This document shows positions 40,934-53,839 of a stretch of DNA of 64,000 nucleotides, one piece after another. Location of the stretch: NCBI GenBank assembly GCA_965644295.1, contig CBFFRP010000429.1, forward strand, positions 76,218-140,217, given 5' to 3'. How positions within the stretch are numbered: the stretch's first letter is position 1; each line of letters starts with the position of its first letter. The stretch is from Paraphysomonas bandaiensis. Its lineage: Eukaryota > Protista > Chrysophyceae. The notes beneath the pieces were generated by a model. That model was not told the origin of the DNA and ran no database searches. It saw only the letters and a program-made list of their open reading frames with translations. The translations under genes were made by a program, and so were the position numbers.

Positions 40934-41349
40934 TATCATCTCTTGAGCAAAGGGGAATTCGAATGTAGCATGACCAGGGCTAGGAAACAGGATATAGGAA
41001 AGTCTGATTATTACATGAGAACGGTTGTGTACAGAAACTAGTTTATAACTATAGACTAGATTTGCTAAATACTACTAGTGGCGGGCAACCGTCTCGGGAC
41101 TGCTTGTGCATCGCTGCGAGCACCATGGTGAAACCGTCCCTTGTATTGAGGTTAGTCGGGGGGTCTACCTTTGGGCAATGTGTCTGGCGGGCCTGTGCCA
41201 TGGATTATGTCAGGGGTGGATGAGGCGAGATGTATATGAGAGTGTAAGTCGGTGGTGGAGATGGTGCTGGTTGTTGAGGTGGGGTTTCGGTATCATATCT
41301 TGAGCAAAGGGGAATTCGAATGTAGCATGACCAGGGCTAGGAAACAGGA
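40934..41349 (-). mobile_element. ~298-bp insert (40993-41290) flanked by 59-bp direct repeats
   Basis: 40934-40992 equals 41291-41349 with one mismatch. The duplicated segment includes the TSD and the left TIR tip of hAT copy 2. Confidence 0.75.
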
Positions 41350-42071
41350 AACAATATATTGAATTGCAATAAAATATATTGATTGGTCGACCGGCCAAAA
41401 ATCCCATCAATATTGTTTCTGTTAAAGTACCTCACAATATATTGCAATATATTGCAATCAATATTATTATAGCCATATAAGAGAAGATTCTCAACTGTAG
41501 GGTGCAAAATGAATATAAATAACCGAGAAATTGATTACAACATTACAGAGGATGATGAAGCTGATGTTGACTATGCGAATAAAATCGTCCTACAGCTCAA
41601 AAAATTAAGAAACGTTCAGATCCACGAGTCATTAACGGTTGCCAAGTCCTGGTATGTACTTCCAATACATGGGAACGTCTGTTCAGCACATCTAAACATC
41701 TTATATCAGTGTTGCGCAAAAGTATCCATCCAACTTAATATGCTGTTGTTTCTGAAAGCTATTCGACAGTTGTGGCCGGATACTAGCATATTGCACTTCA
41801 TCCTGTGGATGAATATGGTGATGTTGACGTCACCGATGATGGCTCAGAGGATGAGGACGAGGTGGATTTTTATTAGCTATTTGGTTGTCATGTGATCTTA
41901 ATGATTAATACTAAAAATAGAATCTACGGATGTGTTTACTTACTGATTAGTCATACTAATATATTGCAATATATTGTAATTGTATTGTTGGGCCTGTTTA
42001 AAGTCTCCATCAATAGTATTGATTGAACGCTCTATAACAATAGTATTGCAATATATTGTTTCCTAGCCCTG
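41332..42071 (+). mobile_element. Non-autonomous hAT element, copy 2
   Basis: TIRs CAGGGCTAGGAAACA; 8-bp TSD AGCATGAC (41324-41331 and 42072-42079). Internally homologous to copy 1. Confidence 0.92.
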
Positions 42072-42181
42072 AGCATGACAGCCACATCATATTCATGTTC
42101 AAGTAAGCGATTCCATTCATTATTGTAGAATAATAGATACACAGAAATCCAGAAAATGCGTTAAAAATTATGACTAACTGG

Positions 42182-43633
42182 CTATATAGAAAATACATCT
42201 ACTTCTTCTTCATCATCGTAGTCATTTTCGCTATCTTTTCCATTGTTACTACCACCATAGAGTAAACCGGATAAAGAATGTGTCGAAGACGACAATTTCT
42301 GAGCATCTCTAACATGAGAACTTGCTCTAGTGGAGGGTTCAGATGGGGGAACAAAATACACGTATGTCATATACATGGCAAGGCCAAATACAGATCCCAC
42401 AAATGCCCACAAAACCAGAGTGCCAGAAGTAATGCCAGTAGAATCCCCTGATCCAACTACAGAACGGCCATCATATCCCATAAACTTAAATGAATTGTCA
42501 GTAGAAACAGTGCTAAATGCAGAGATTGAGGCATCCAAGACAGTCACACCAAGCAGCGATGCCGTAGAGTGCATACATATATGCATCTTGCTGTCGATGG
42601 TCAACACCTCGCTACGCTCATCTTCAGCAGGGCCACGCTCACCAGACCAATCATAATCTGGGGCCTCTGGTCCACCGTCTTCTGGGCCGCCGTCTTCTGG
42701 TCCACCGTCTTCTGGCCCACCATCCTCAGGCCCGCCATCTTCTGGTCCACCGTCCTCTGGCCCACCATCCTCAGGCCCACCATCTTCTGGTCCACCAGCT
42801 TCAGGTCCGCCATCCTCAGGCCCACCTTGAAGTTTTCTAACTGGGTGTCCTATCTCTCCTCCGTCATTCGGTGGTCCAATATGTTCGACATCTCGCCTGC
42901 ACTGTGCGTTGTTGAAAAATTGTCCAGATATTATATTCCTGTTATTCAGATGTGATGTTGATAGGTCAAAGGACAGAAAACTATACACTTACGCTGACTG
43001 AGAAGAGGTTTCAGACACCTCTCGTGAGAAACGAGCAAAGAGCTCTGTGCTCGTTGAGGATTCAATGGCAGGGTAGTACAAGCATGTGTCTGGAGCAAAC
43101 TGTATCTCATCAGTTAAAACAATACAATCAAGGAACAAACCACTAACCAATTCCACCACAGATGGCGATTTCAAACATTCATTCTCCGAGTTAGAATAAT
43201 GCGTGAAAGCTATTTTCTCTGATTGAAAAGCATTGTAATATGACCTTGGATGCTTGTTTGCCGCTATTCCCCCGCAAAACAACTGAACAGATTGAAAATT
43301 CGTTTGAGATTTCATGGCATAGACAAGTTTCTGGCACGATCCATCCCCTCCATAGTTCTGTAATATAGTAGACTTATTTCCTGTCATCTGTCTACATGTA
43401 TTGTCTGTGTACTGAGCATACAGCACACTACCAGTGGAAGAATCGCATGTAAACTTGAAGTAATCAATAGCGGCGTCATCGTCAGCATAGAATGCGGTGC
43501 ACTGACCACTGTACGCCCTGAAGAGCTCTTGCCCCTTGCAGTAAGCATCTTTAGAAAATGCAATGACTGCAGCCTCGCCTTTGCCATGAACAGTGTGTAG
43601 ACCAAACACTAACAGCGCGATAGTTATGATCAT
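42182..43633 (-). CDS. Type I membrane protein with Cys-containing ectodomain and (GGPED)n stalk
   Basis: Signal peptide; ORFs 42989-43633 and 42182-42988 joined by a GTAAGT..CAG intron at ~42940-42992; ~11 GGPE(D/A) repeats; one TM helix; acidic tail. Confidence 0.75.
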
Positions 43634-44331
43634 AGTTTATATCTGTATCAGAGGGATATCAGAGTACGGTTATCGTTGACAAGACCTATATATACAGAGA
43701 TAGCAAGAAAAGCATACGCTGGTGGCAGAATAACCCTCGACCACTCACTCTTATCTCTTGTAGGTATAGTGCTGGGCTATTTATCTAATATGAGGGCAGG
43801 TTACTGTGCTATGCTCTGTACTCTGCTGTACATAACCCCTCTAATGTATACCCCGTACAGCAGGCTGTATTCCACGCAACAGAAATATACGGTATACAGC
43901 AGTGTGAAATTTTCAATATCAACAAAAATAGAGGAAAACCCTTGGTTTTATTTATTCCATCAACAGAAATAGTGGAAAACCTTTGGTTTTATTTCAGAGT
44001 CACTGTGTATGTGTATATATATACAGTATGTACAGTGGCTGGCCCCTACGAGGACCTGAAATGGGCGCACCTTGTAGGGGCCACCTTGTAGGAGCCAGCC
44101 TCTGTACGTATATGTCTATGTACGTATGCACTGAGGGTAGTGCGGTATCTATATGTATATTCTGCTGTATATTTTCATATCTATGTACCTGTGTATGTGT
44201 CCAGATCTCTCCTGGCTATCTATGCATATCTAGATATATATGACATACCTGCGCTGCTGTTATATTCAGCAGGTGGAGACGGACAGCACCCCTAACACTT
44301 TCAACCCCACAATCTCATTCTATATCCCCTA

Positions 44332-47300
44332 ATGGCAGATGAATACCGGGTACTGCTCATATGTATGATACACATGCGCTCACAGCACGCTGTTACACTA
44401 TCCAGGTGGGGGTATATGAGGCTATAGCAGAGTACACATCTATCGACCCAAAGAGTGCTCTCTATATCACTATATGTATAGTCATATTGTGTGATATCGG
44501 ATGTGCTGTGGGCTTATGTGCGGAGCTCAACAGATGGCCCACACTCAGCTCTGCGTCCCTCTCAGTGTATTTTTATAATGAATCAATAGACTGCTTACTG
44601 TTAGCTCTAATTCGATCTATTTTTTTACCACTCATTGCATGGGCGGCAGTTCAAAGTGGGAGAGTTGACTCAACTAATGAAATAGTTTCATGCAAATGCT
44701 TTAAATGTTTTTATCGTGGTCACTACTCTCGAGCCAGCTATAAATCTGATGATAAAAATGAATACAGTGGACGATATACCTGGGATAGTCATGGGGCTGA
44801 TACCGGACAACCACTTTTACAACATCCCAGTGATGGAAACTGTGATTCTTCTGATAGTGTGAGTGTAGTAGAGTATCTATGGAAGCGCTGTTACGACTGT
44901 ACGATTTAGCCTTCAGCAGAAGGGTACGAAGCCGAAGATGCTGCTAAGAGGATAGAGTTGGAAATTATTGAAAGTAATAAACTCTCTATCTCAAAGTAAT
45001 GATATCTCCTCTTGTAAAGCGTTATTTTCATTAACGAGTATATGTAATGCAGATCCAGCGCGGCTTTTAGACAGAATATTTTGCTGGCGGTACTGTTCTC
45101 GCTGTCAGTTGGGACTCAGGTAGCTCACTTGTGTAGTGTTCCATGAAAACGTGTAAATTCGAGCCTGTTGTAAAGGTGTATGTGGGTCTCAAATGTATAT
45201 CATTCCATTACCCATCTGAACGCAATCGAATGAATCGTGTCGGCGCATTGATGGGTCTCGCCGTTCTTTGGGCTAACGTTCTCTCTTGGAGTTTGCGCGA
45301 GCTGGTCAGCAAGGGTTACAGGGAAGATGGTATGCTTGTTCCATCTCTTCATCCTCATAGGTAAAGTTTTGCTGTCTATTCTATTTTAATATGTACTGAC
45401 ATATTCATGAATAGACTCCACCTGCATGCGACTATGGCGGGACATTGGTGTGATGTATGTTCCACTCAAATTAAGGATGGGCGTGCTTTTCGCTGTAAAC
45501 TTTGTGATTTTGATCTTTGCGTACGATGCTATTCCCGCAAGGACAAACTTACCATGGAAGGTATAATTAGGGGGGACAAAGGTGCTAGACAGGTAGGTGT
45601 ATTTCGAGACCTAGATGTACAACAATCATTTTTGCTCTTCCAGGACGCGGAATTGTCCAGTATTGAATACTTTGAAAGGGCCATCCGCCTTGTTAGGACT
45701 GAGTGGATTCTTTTTGCAGTGGCAATGCTATCCTTGTGTGCCTTTAATTTATTTAGTCTTACTCTTCCGAAGCTTCAAGGCTCTATTCTCGACGCTGTTG
45801 TGAGAGACAAGGAAGTTAAATTTAATCGATATGTGCAATATTATTTGTACGTGTCTCTTGCTACCGGAATGTTTGGGGGTCTACAAAGTTTGTTTTTTAG
45901 TATCGTTGGGAGAAAATTGGCGAAGACTATTCGATGCCAGCTGTTTAAGGGCATTATTCTACAAGTGTGATTTTATTGTAAACTCTTCATATTATGTTGT
46001 TATTCTATGTAAAATGCATTTATGTAATACTTTTGTCATTAGGATGTTGCTTTTTTTGATGGAAATTCATCTGGTAATCTTTCCTCTCGTCTGACGAACG
46101 ACGTCAGTTTTATGGTATGACTAGATTTATATAGTTTTAACACTGATTACATGTTGGTTCAGGTGCAACCAATACAAAGCATGTTGGGGTCATTAGTGAG
46201 CAATTCTATTCTTTTAGTTGGAGGAGTAGTTCTATGCTTTTATACCTCATGGAGACTATCGATGTTGGCCTTCACAACTGTCGGTCCTATAGTTCACATT
46301 ACCCAGGTAATAGCGCAGTTATCTTATCAAGTAGTATTGTGTGAAATTCAATACACGCAGGTATATGCTCGCTGGAGTAGTCATCTTAATAGGCAGATAT
46401 TCTCAGCCTTAGCATCTGCCAATGGGTTTGCAGTTGAGGCTTTATCAAACATTCGTACAGTTAAAGCGTTTAGCACAGAAGAATTAGAAACTAAGAAATA
46501 CTCAAATGGAATACTCACTGCATTGGAAAGAGGGTACGATGATTTTAAGAATAGTCTTAGTTGTGTGGTTTCATATTGCTAGAAGTGTTCTTACACTAAG
46601 TGTATTCTAAGTAAAATGTTTTGTAGCATAAAGGATGCCGTGGGAGGTGCAGGAATGTATACTATGAACTCATATCTTGATCTTGGTGCGGGAGTTCTCA
46701 TTCTTTGGTACGGAGGAAGACTAGCAATGGACCATGAAGGGGGGTTGACGCCAGGACAACTTATTACATTTCAATTATACTGGAATATGATAAACAGTGC
46801 TTATAAGGTATATTATATTTAGTTTGATTTCATATCCATTATAGTTTGAGCATACGTCTGATCTGGAGTATGAGATACTAATTTTAATATATTAGGGGCT
46901 AATTGATATACTCACAAACTTCACTCGTGCCGCTGGGGCTGCCTCACGAGTTTTTGCTCTTATGGATTCTCTTCCCGATATTGACGTCGATGCAGGGGAG
47001 CATGTCCAGAGGGATGATATTCAAGGCCATATCGAATTCCGTGATGTGTGCTTTTCATATCAAATGCGGCCTCACCACAAAGTTAGTTTTGTTTAGTACA
47101 ACAAACGTGTAATACATGATGCAGGTGCTGGAGGGCGTCAGCATATCCATTCCACCAGGATCTACATGTACTATTATGCTATATCATCGTATGAGTGTAA
47201 GGTTCTTAAGATTTACATGTCAGGCGCCTTGGTAGGAAAATCGGGCGGCGGAAAGACGACTATGGTCAATCTTATTCTGAGGCATGGTTAATTTTCATGG

Positions 47301-48251
47301 AGTATTGAGTGTATATCATATTTTGAATGTGATATAGGTTTTATGATCCACAAATGGGTTCAGTGTTGTTGGACGGGAAAGATTTGAGGAAATTTTGCCT
47401 CAAAGATGTCAGAAAACAAATTGGTCAGTGAACTTTTAACGTTAATTTAGCATTAAAATGCACACACAGGTGAGGTATCTCAGAACACTGAACTCTTTGC
47501 TTGTTCCATTGAAGAAAACATTGCTTACGGAATGGAGCCTGGGTCTTGGTCACGGTAGTATAGCTTTTGAATCGTATTTCGGAATAATTATGAATGTTAA
47601 TGCAGTCAGGATGTTATAGCTGCTGCGAAGAAAGCATGTGCCCATGAATTTATTTGTGAGATGTCTGAAGGCTACGCCACTCGCGTAGGTGAAAGAGGGA
47701 CAAGAATAAGCGGGGGACAGAAGCAGGTACAGCTTTATGGATATACAGATATTGCTGCGCGATAACATAGCTTCAGTATACTAACTCTATTTTGCAGCGC
47801 ATAGGTACACTTTTCTCCTGTGGCAATGAGAGACGCTAATAAGTACATAAATGCAGCCATAGCTCGAGTATTTCTTCGTAAACCACGCATTCTACTTCTT
47901 GATGAAGCAACTTCCTCTCTCGATGCGGAAAGCGAAAGCAAGGTTCTAGCGATCATGCGTTGTGTGGTACACGTTATAGTAAGTGGAATATACTTGCAGG
48001 TACAAGAAGCATTGGACCGTCTCATAAGTGAAGGAGGTGCAACAGTTGTCCTCGTAGCTCATCGACTGTCGACTGTTGTGAACGCAGATCAAATTGCTGT
48101 TGTCGGAGAAGGAAGAGTTGTTGAGATGGGAACACATGATTCCCTGATAGAAGCAGATGGAGCGTATGCAGCATTAGTGAAGAAACAACTGGCCAAACGT
48201 AACTCAGTTGTAGATGCTGATTCTGTAGTTGGTGAATATGACTGTAGCTAA
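44332..48251 (+). CDS. ABCB-type half transporter with N-terminal TM region and ZZ/DC1-like zinc finger (many exons)
   Basis: Walker [10 protein letters not shown], signature ISGGQKQ, Walker [19 protein letters not shown]. Zinc finger [19 protein letters not shown]. Confidence 0.9.
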
Positions 48252-49369
48252 TGAGCTGGTTTGTTATGATTCATATGTATTCAACTATGTACGCTTGACG
48301 TACCAACTATCGTAGTCACACATTTGTATACTAAATAAATAATGCTGGAATAACCTCGTGGTGTTGATACAGCAGAGTAAACGTTAGTCTAACGACAATA
48401 TGCCAGAGATTTTCTTTTAGCTAATTCACTGAAGCATGTGTAAAAATACTATTGGCGAAGAATATGTTGCCTCAATATGAAGTCACTAACTTGTCTAGTA
48501 CATGTTAGAAACCTTATTAATATCTAATATATCTTAAGAATTGGAATTAATTATTTAAGTGAACATTTCTCACTCTATACCTAAGCTGTATTACATAACT
48601 TAATGTTAGAGAGACTTCTTAGATAGTCCCAAGTATACAATATAGTGATATCTACTTAGTTGCATATCTCCAGGTAGTGTACTAATCTCTGATGGTATAT
48701 GTGTATATGTAGAGCTCAAAATTCATTCAATGAAATTTTAACTTCAGTGAGCTGAAGTTAAACTATTCGACATATATACTAACAAACCGCTCTTAGCTTC
48801 CCACTTTCTATCCCTCCCTCCTTCTATCTCTCCCTCTGTCTGTATATACATAGAGAGAGCTATCGCTAAAGGTGCATGTATGTATAGTATAAGCTCATAA
48901 CGTGTGATCCACCTCAAGAGGTACTTTGGAAGGTACATCACATGAAGAATAAACGCAATGATGAAATAAGCAGGGAGTAATATGCATAGTAGATCGCATG
49001 AGTTGGATCATCAGCTCAGTCTCATGTCATCATATCCATGATATCACAGTTACATGCCGCTGCTATATACAGTCATACAGCATCTCCATAATGGGGTAAA
49101 CCGGCCACTATCTAGAAACAGGTATTTTTACCATTTTTAACCCATGAAACACGAAAATTCCAATTTATATTTCTATATGGCTAGAAAGGTTTGCTTTTAA
49201 GGCTGGAGTGTGCATGTACTGGTGTATATGGTGTATATGTATATGTATAGAGAGGAGTGCTGGCAGTAGCTACATATGAGCGAGATATAACAACATCCAT
49301 ATCACAGTAAACACACAGACACACACCATCCACTACACCACACCTCCTGCAATACCCTACACAATCACA

Positions 49370-49912
49370 ATGGGGTCTTTTAACCCTCTGACTTATGTCG
49401 AGAATGCACTGGGGTTTCGTTTTCTTGAGGATGCGTTTGTAGATCGCATTAAACAGAAGTACCCTCAATATAATCTCAGTGACTCAGAGAGGGCTCATGC
49501 TAATAAGATGTGTACAGATAGAGCCACTCTAACTTCACTAGGATTAGGATGTGGTGCATGCATTGGATTTATGCTCACTGCGACAGTACTGAAGAAGCGA
49601 ACCACTGTTGCTAAGATAGCCACTAATATAGCACTGCAGAATGTGGGGTTTATATTTGGATCATATTATGGAGTAGTTGAGTCATTCGATTCTTGGATAA
49701 CTTTTGATAACAGCGCGAAGTTTAACTCATGGACACAAGAATGTATAGTTGAGACGGAGTCAGACCCGAAGGAAGTTAGTTTCATGGCGGAATATTTCCG
49801 CCGGTCGAAGTTATCATTTGCACCTGCTTTTGCAGATGTTTTGAATCCACTCTGCGTTTCTGATGAGGCCCTAGATGCAATATATGCCAAAATGATATCC
49901 GAGAAAGAGTAA
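49370..49912 (+). CDS. Hypothetical small membrane protein
   Basis: Intact 180-aa ORF with two Gly-rich hydrophobic segments. Confidence 0.6.
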   Translation: MGSFNPLTYVENALGFRFLEDAFVDRIKQKYPQYNLSDSERAHANKMCTDRATLTSLGLGCGACIGFMLTATVLKKRTTVAKIATNIALQNVGFIFGSYYGVVESFDSWITFDNSAKFNSWTQECIVETESDPKEVSFMAEYFRRSKLSFAPAFADVLNPLCVSDEALDAIYAKMISEKE

Positions 49913-50536
49913 TAGTCAAGAAATATATATAGTCCATCTCTTTCTGCCACTCGCAGGAGTAGATATTGCAAGTACTATTGTTAGCAAGCATTGTTGCACT
50001 GGTACAGCTAGCAACAACTCCTATAAGTGGTAATAATCTATAATTTATAGTTGTGGGTGTATCTTGTCGATATTACTCAACGTAGAGGAATTACCCTACA
50101 CCAATTTTGTGTAACTTGTCAAGTAGTAGAAAAGCCTCGCCGTATTTAATTAAGAATTGAACTAAACAAATGACGAGGTTGACTAGGTGTGTAAGCTATT
50201 CTGCATTGGTTTATCCGTAGTACTATGATCTCGTCGCAGTACGCGAGCATAATTTATTGTTTTTTGACTAGATTAAGTACTTAAAAAGGAAATGCTTAAC
50301 CTATTTAATATTTAACCATGGTGGCTAGGTTATACCACTTCTAATTTAGTATTCATCAATAACATTTGCAGTTTCAAGCTTATTATCTATATTCAGCACA
50401 TTACACACAATTGCCAACCGATCAAAATAAATGAAAAAAATATTACGCGCTGTTATGACGAATTCATTTAGGAATAAATATATACAGCCCTCTCTATAAC
50501 AACATAACATCCATTCTTCTACAAATAAGATAAATT

Positions 50537-51667
50537 TTATTTAAGTGCTTTCATAGCTTTTTGAATTCTTTTTTGTCTCCACTTGGAGTAGGACATCGAT
50601 GACCCAGAAGTCCCATCGTTGTGGCTAGTACACATGAGCGCATCGTAGTTTGGACTAACGAAATATGCCACCGAAGTACGTTCAGAACATTGACTAGAGA
50701 CACTTGACGATTCCGTGGGGTGAGGTGGAAAGGACACACGATGTCGCGTGGACATCAGGCGACCACCTGACCAATCACACAAGCAGTCTCCGATATTCAC
50801 AACTAGAGCTCCTACGCAATAAATATATTAAGTCATACTACATCTTTCACATATGCAAAGCATTGAAAACACGTCTAAAGAGTTTCAAGACAGATATCAT
50901 ACTTCAATACACACGAATAATTATAACTTCACGTGTCATTTTAGGCTACCTGGAATGTACGGAACAGCTGACCAATTTCCTTCGCGGTCACATATCTCCA
51001 ATCCTCCTCCTACAGACCCTTCTGATTGGCTCACAATGGTTATCATTGACACATCAGTGTGCTCCGCAATTCTAAGACGATCAGTTCTACCGGTCGACGG
51101 AGGATAGTAATTACAGCTTAAAATACTAGTATGTTTATCCATACAAGAAGTAAAATATGATGGATTCATATGGAGACCAACTGCTATAATCTCAAGCAAG
51201 ACAAGTGAGAGTGATTCCATGGCAGCATAATACGATGTTATGGTGTCCCGGAACACCTGCGGCTGATTTCCCCATTCGTTTGGAGCAAAATGAATTCTAC
51301 TTTCCTTTGTTTTATAGTAGGCATCGTCTGTATCAGCATCAATTGTTGGACCAAAACGAATCTTCTCAACAAGATCGTTCGGTTTCTTTTCGCCTGCAAG
51401 TGATGCAAAGTTTTCAGTTCCAATCGGACTGTATCCTCTTCTTGCTCTATCTTTACTAGAGAGAAGCATCTTCTGATCCTCTGTAAGATGAAAGAACTCT
51501 GTGCATGTCCTCATCATGGTCTGTATGTGCTGCTCCTCCATATTATGTCCGGTTATATACAGGAACCCTCGTGATGATAGAGACTGCAGTATACTGGACA
51601 CCACATCCTCTTTCCCGTCCTCGTTATGGACATATGGGGCGATATTAATAACCTCCAGAGAGGACAT
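50537..51667 (-). CDS. 2OG-Fe(II) dioxygenase, isopenicillin N synthase/DIOX family (one intron)
   Basis: RGFLYITGH, RRGYS, NYYPP, AEHTDVSMITI, NIGD..STRHRV, RTSVAYF. Confidence 0.92.
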
Positions 51668-51947
51668 GCTACTATGCACCAGCTGCACCAGACTGAGCCT
51701 GCAGGCGTGTTATGTACGCATATATCCCTATATGACTATATGACTGTACCTCCTACACTCCTACACTCGTATAGTGTATACATGCTGTAGTCCTGTCCGG
51801 GATACACCAATACATGCAAACACATACACATACACATACACATACCCAGCTATAGATAGATAGGTATGAGCATACATACATAGACAGACATATCCACCCA
51901 AGACACCATTCGTAGCCGATAGCGTACAGACAAACACTCCATCTGCC

Positions 51948-53147
51948 ATGGGAAAGAAAGGCAGTCAAGAAGATGCAGTTCTGTACAAGTGTGTTCCCGA
52001 GGACTGGCTGTGGCTCCCTCGACCTATTCGACTGGCTCTGGGCTGGTGTATAGTCACTCTATTCGCCACAAGCTTCTTATCTATACCCATCAGCTGTATA
52101 CTCCTCATACCCGCTGTATGGAGGTATTTCCCCGTATGCTGCACAGTGTATGTCGCTCTGCTGGTAGTGTCTCTGGTCTCCCCTCTGAAGGAGTGGGAGT
52201 ATACCAGGAAAATATGTCAACTCACATATGAAGTCTTTGACTTTTCATGCAATTTGTCTGAGGAAGAGCGAAAGAAAGCTATTGCTGCTGGTGACTCTGG
52301 TCAGTATATCATTGGCATGCATCCTCATGGTATTGTGCCCATCCAAGCGTTACTCTGGTGTGCATACTGTGATCAATACATGTCTATTGGTGACAAAAAA
52401 ATGTACGGCTTCGGTGCTGCTGCGGACGTGGTTATGTACATTCCATTCCTACGAAATATAATGGTATGATGATGCACTTGCTGCAAATGATGAAAATGTA
52501 TCTCATGTGCTGCAGGCGTGGTTATCAGGGGGATCTGCGTCGTATAAAGCTCTTTATGATGGTCTAACAAAGGTTGCTTTATACATAGACAAAGTACGAC
52601 CTAACTCGATATTAGGGTATTGCACCGGTTGTGAATGCTAGTGGGCGCACCCCTCGTCATTTGTATATATTACCTGGAGGAATTGCTGAAATATTCACTT
52701 CCACTCCTGGGAAGCACATCATTGTGGCCAAACGGAAGGGGCTGATGAAACTTGCACTTGAGACTGGGGCTCATTTATATCCCTGTTATGTATTCGGTGG
52801 AACTGATTTCTACAATAACCTCGCAACTGGGGATAACTTGCTTTCTCGCCTCTCTCGTAAACTCCGAATGGGAGTCGCGTTGTTTTACGGCATGTATGGG
52901 TTGCCAGTTCCATACGCTCCCCGGGTGTCGATGTGCCTGGGTGAAGCAGTTATGGTAGAAAAGTGGGAAGGAGAAGGCCCTCCGCCTGCTGATAATATAG
53001 CGGAGCTTCATAGAAGGGTAAATTATATTTTCTCCTTAGCGCACGTCTGACATACTATTTTCCCAGTATTTAGATGCTTTCCGCGAGCTCTTCGATAAAT
53101 ATAAAGGTGCTGCCGGATATCCCGATGCAGAGCTTGAGATTCAATAA
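51948..53147 (+). CDS. Diacylglycerol/monoacylglycerol acyltransferase, DGAT2 family (multi-exon)
   Basis: GMHPHG, LPGGIAE, RKGLMKLALETGAHLYPCYVFG. Confidence 0.92.
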
Positions 53148-53739
53148 TTTCGTACACGCATTTATTTGGTAGATAGATTGTTTCATTCTGCTTGGGCGTT
53201 CTTATTTGTGAAGTTCGTGGTTACATACTATCTATCGATATTTTCACGATAATATAGCATGGGCATAATATATCAACATATCAACACACGTAATTAACAC
53301 AATTAATTAATACCGACATCCAACTTGTGTAGAAAGTCAGCTGTACAAGATATATGCAACAAGTATCTTGTATATTGTATATTTCATTTGCAGATTTATC
53401 ATAAAACCATGACGATGAAACTATAACACTGACTGCCCCATTCTGAGCGCGTACTTAGGTAGATTCGGATGGGGGTCGGGTGGGTACCTAACTAATACTT
53501 GATTTAAGTCCCATACGTTATTTGCTAGCTACCTACTGATCCCAACTAGCTACATCATTATCACATGGTATTCAGCGCTGAATATGCAGTGAGACCCCGG
53601 GTGGGGTAGTGCTGAACTAAGCAATGTGTACATAGATAGAGGCGATCAATCGCAGCAGCACTCAGCCGCACCCACTAGGGGGCCGCACGCAGTAATTAGT
53701 TACGCTGTCAATATGAGGCAGATACTTCGCTGTAACACA

Positions 53740-53768
53740 GTTATGTGGGATTCATACCCACTAAAACA
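53740..53768 (-). repeat. LTR-terminus relic related to the copia LTR
   Basis: GTTATGTGGGATTCATACCCACTAAAACA versus GTTATGTGGGATTCTCACCCACTAAAACA at 58979-59007. Confidence 0.7.
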
Positions 53769-53839
53769 ATAACGACTATTAAAACGAGTAATCGTCATTA
53801 TACTACAGCTATATAGTATGTCATCTAGTCACCTTCTAG

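Noticed and set aside
40993-41290. Hammerhead ribozyme in the permuted inserts
   Set aside because: No CTGAnGA...GAAA core was found by eye in either insert; needs a covariance search.
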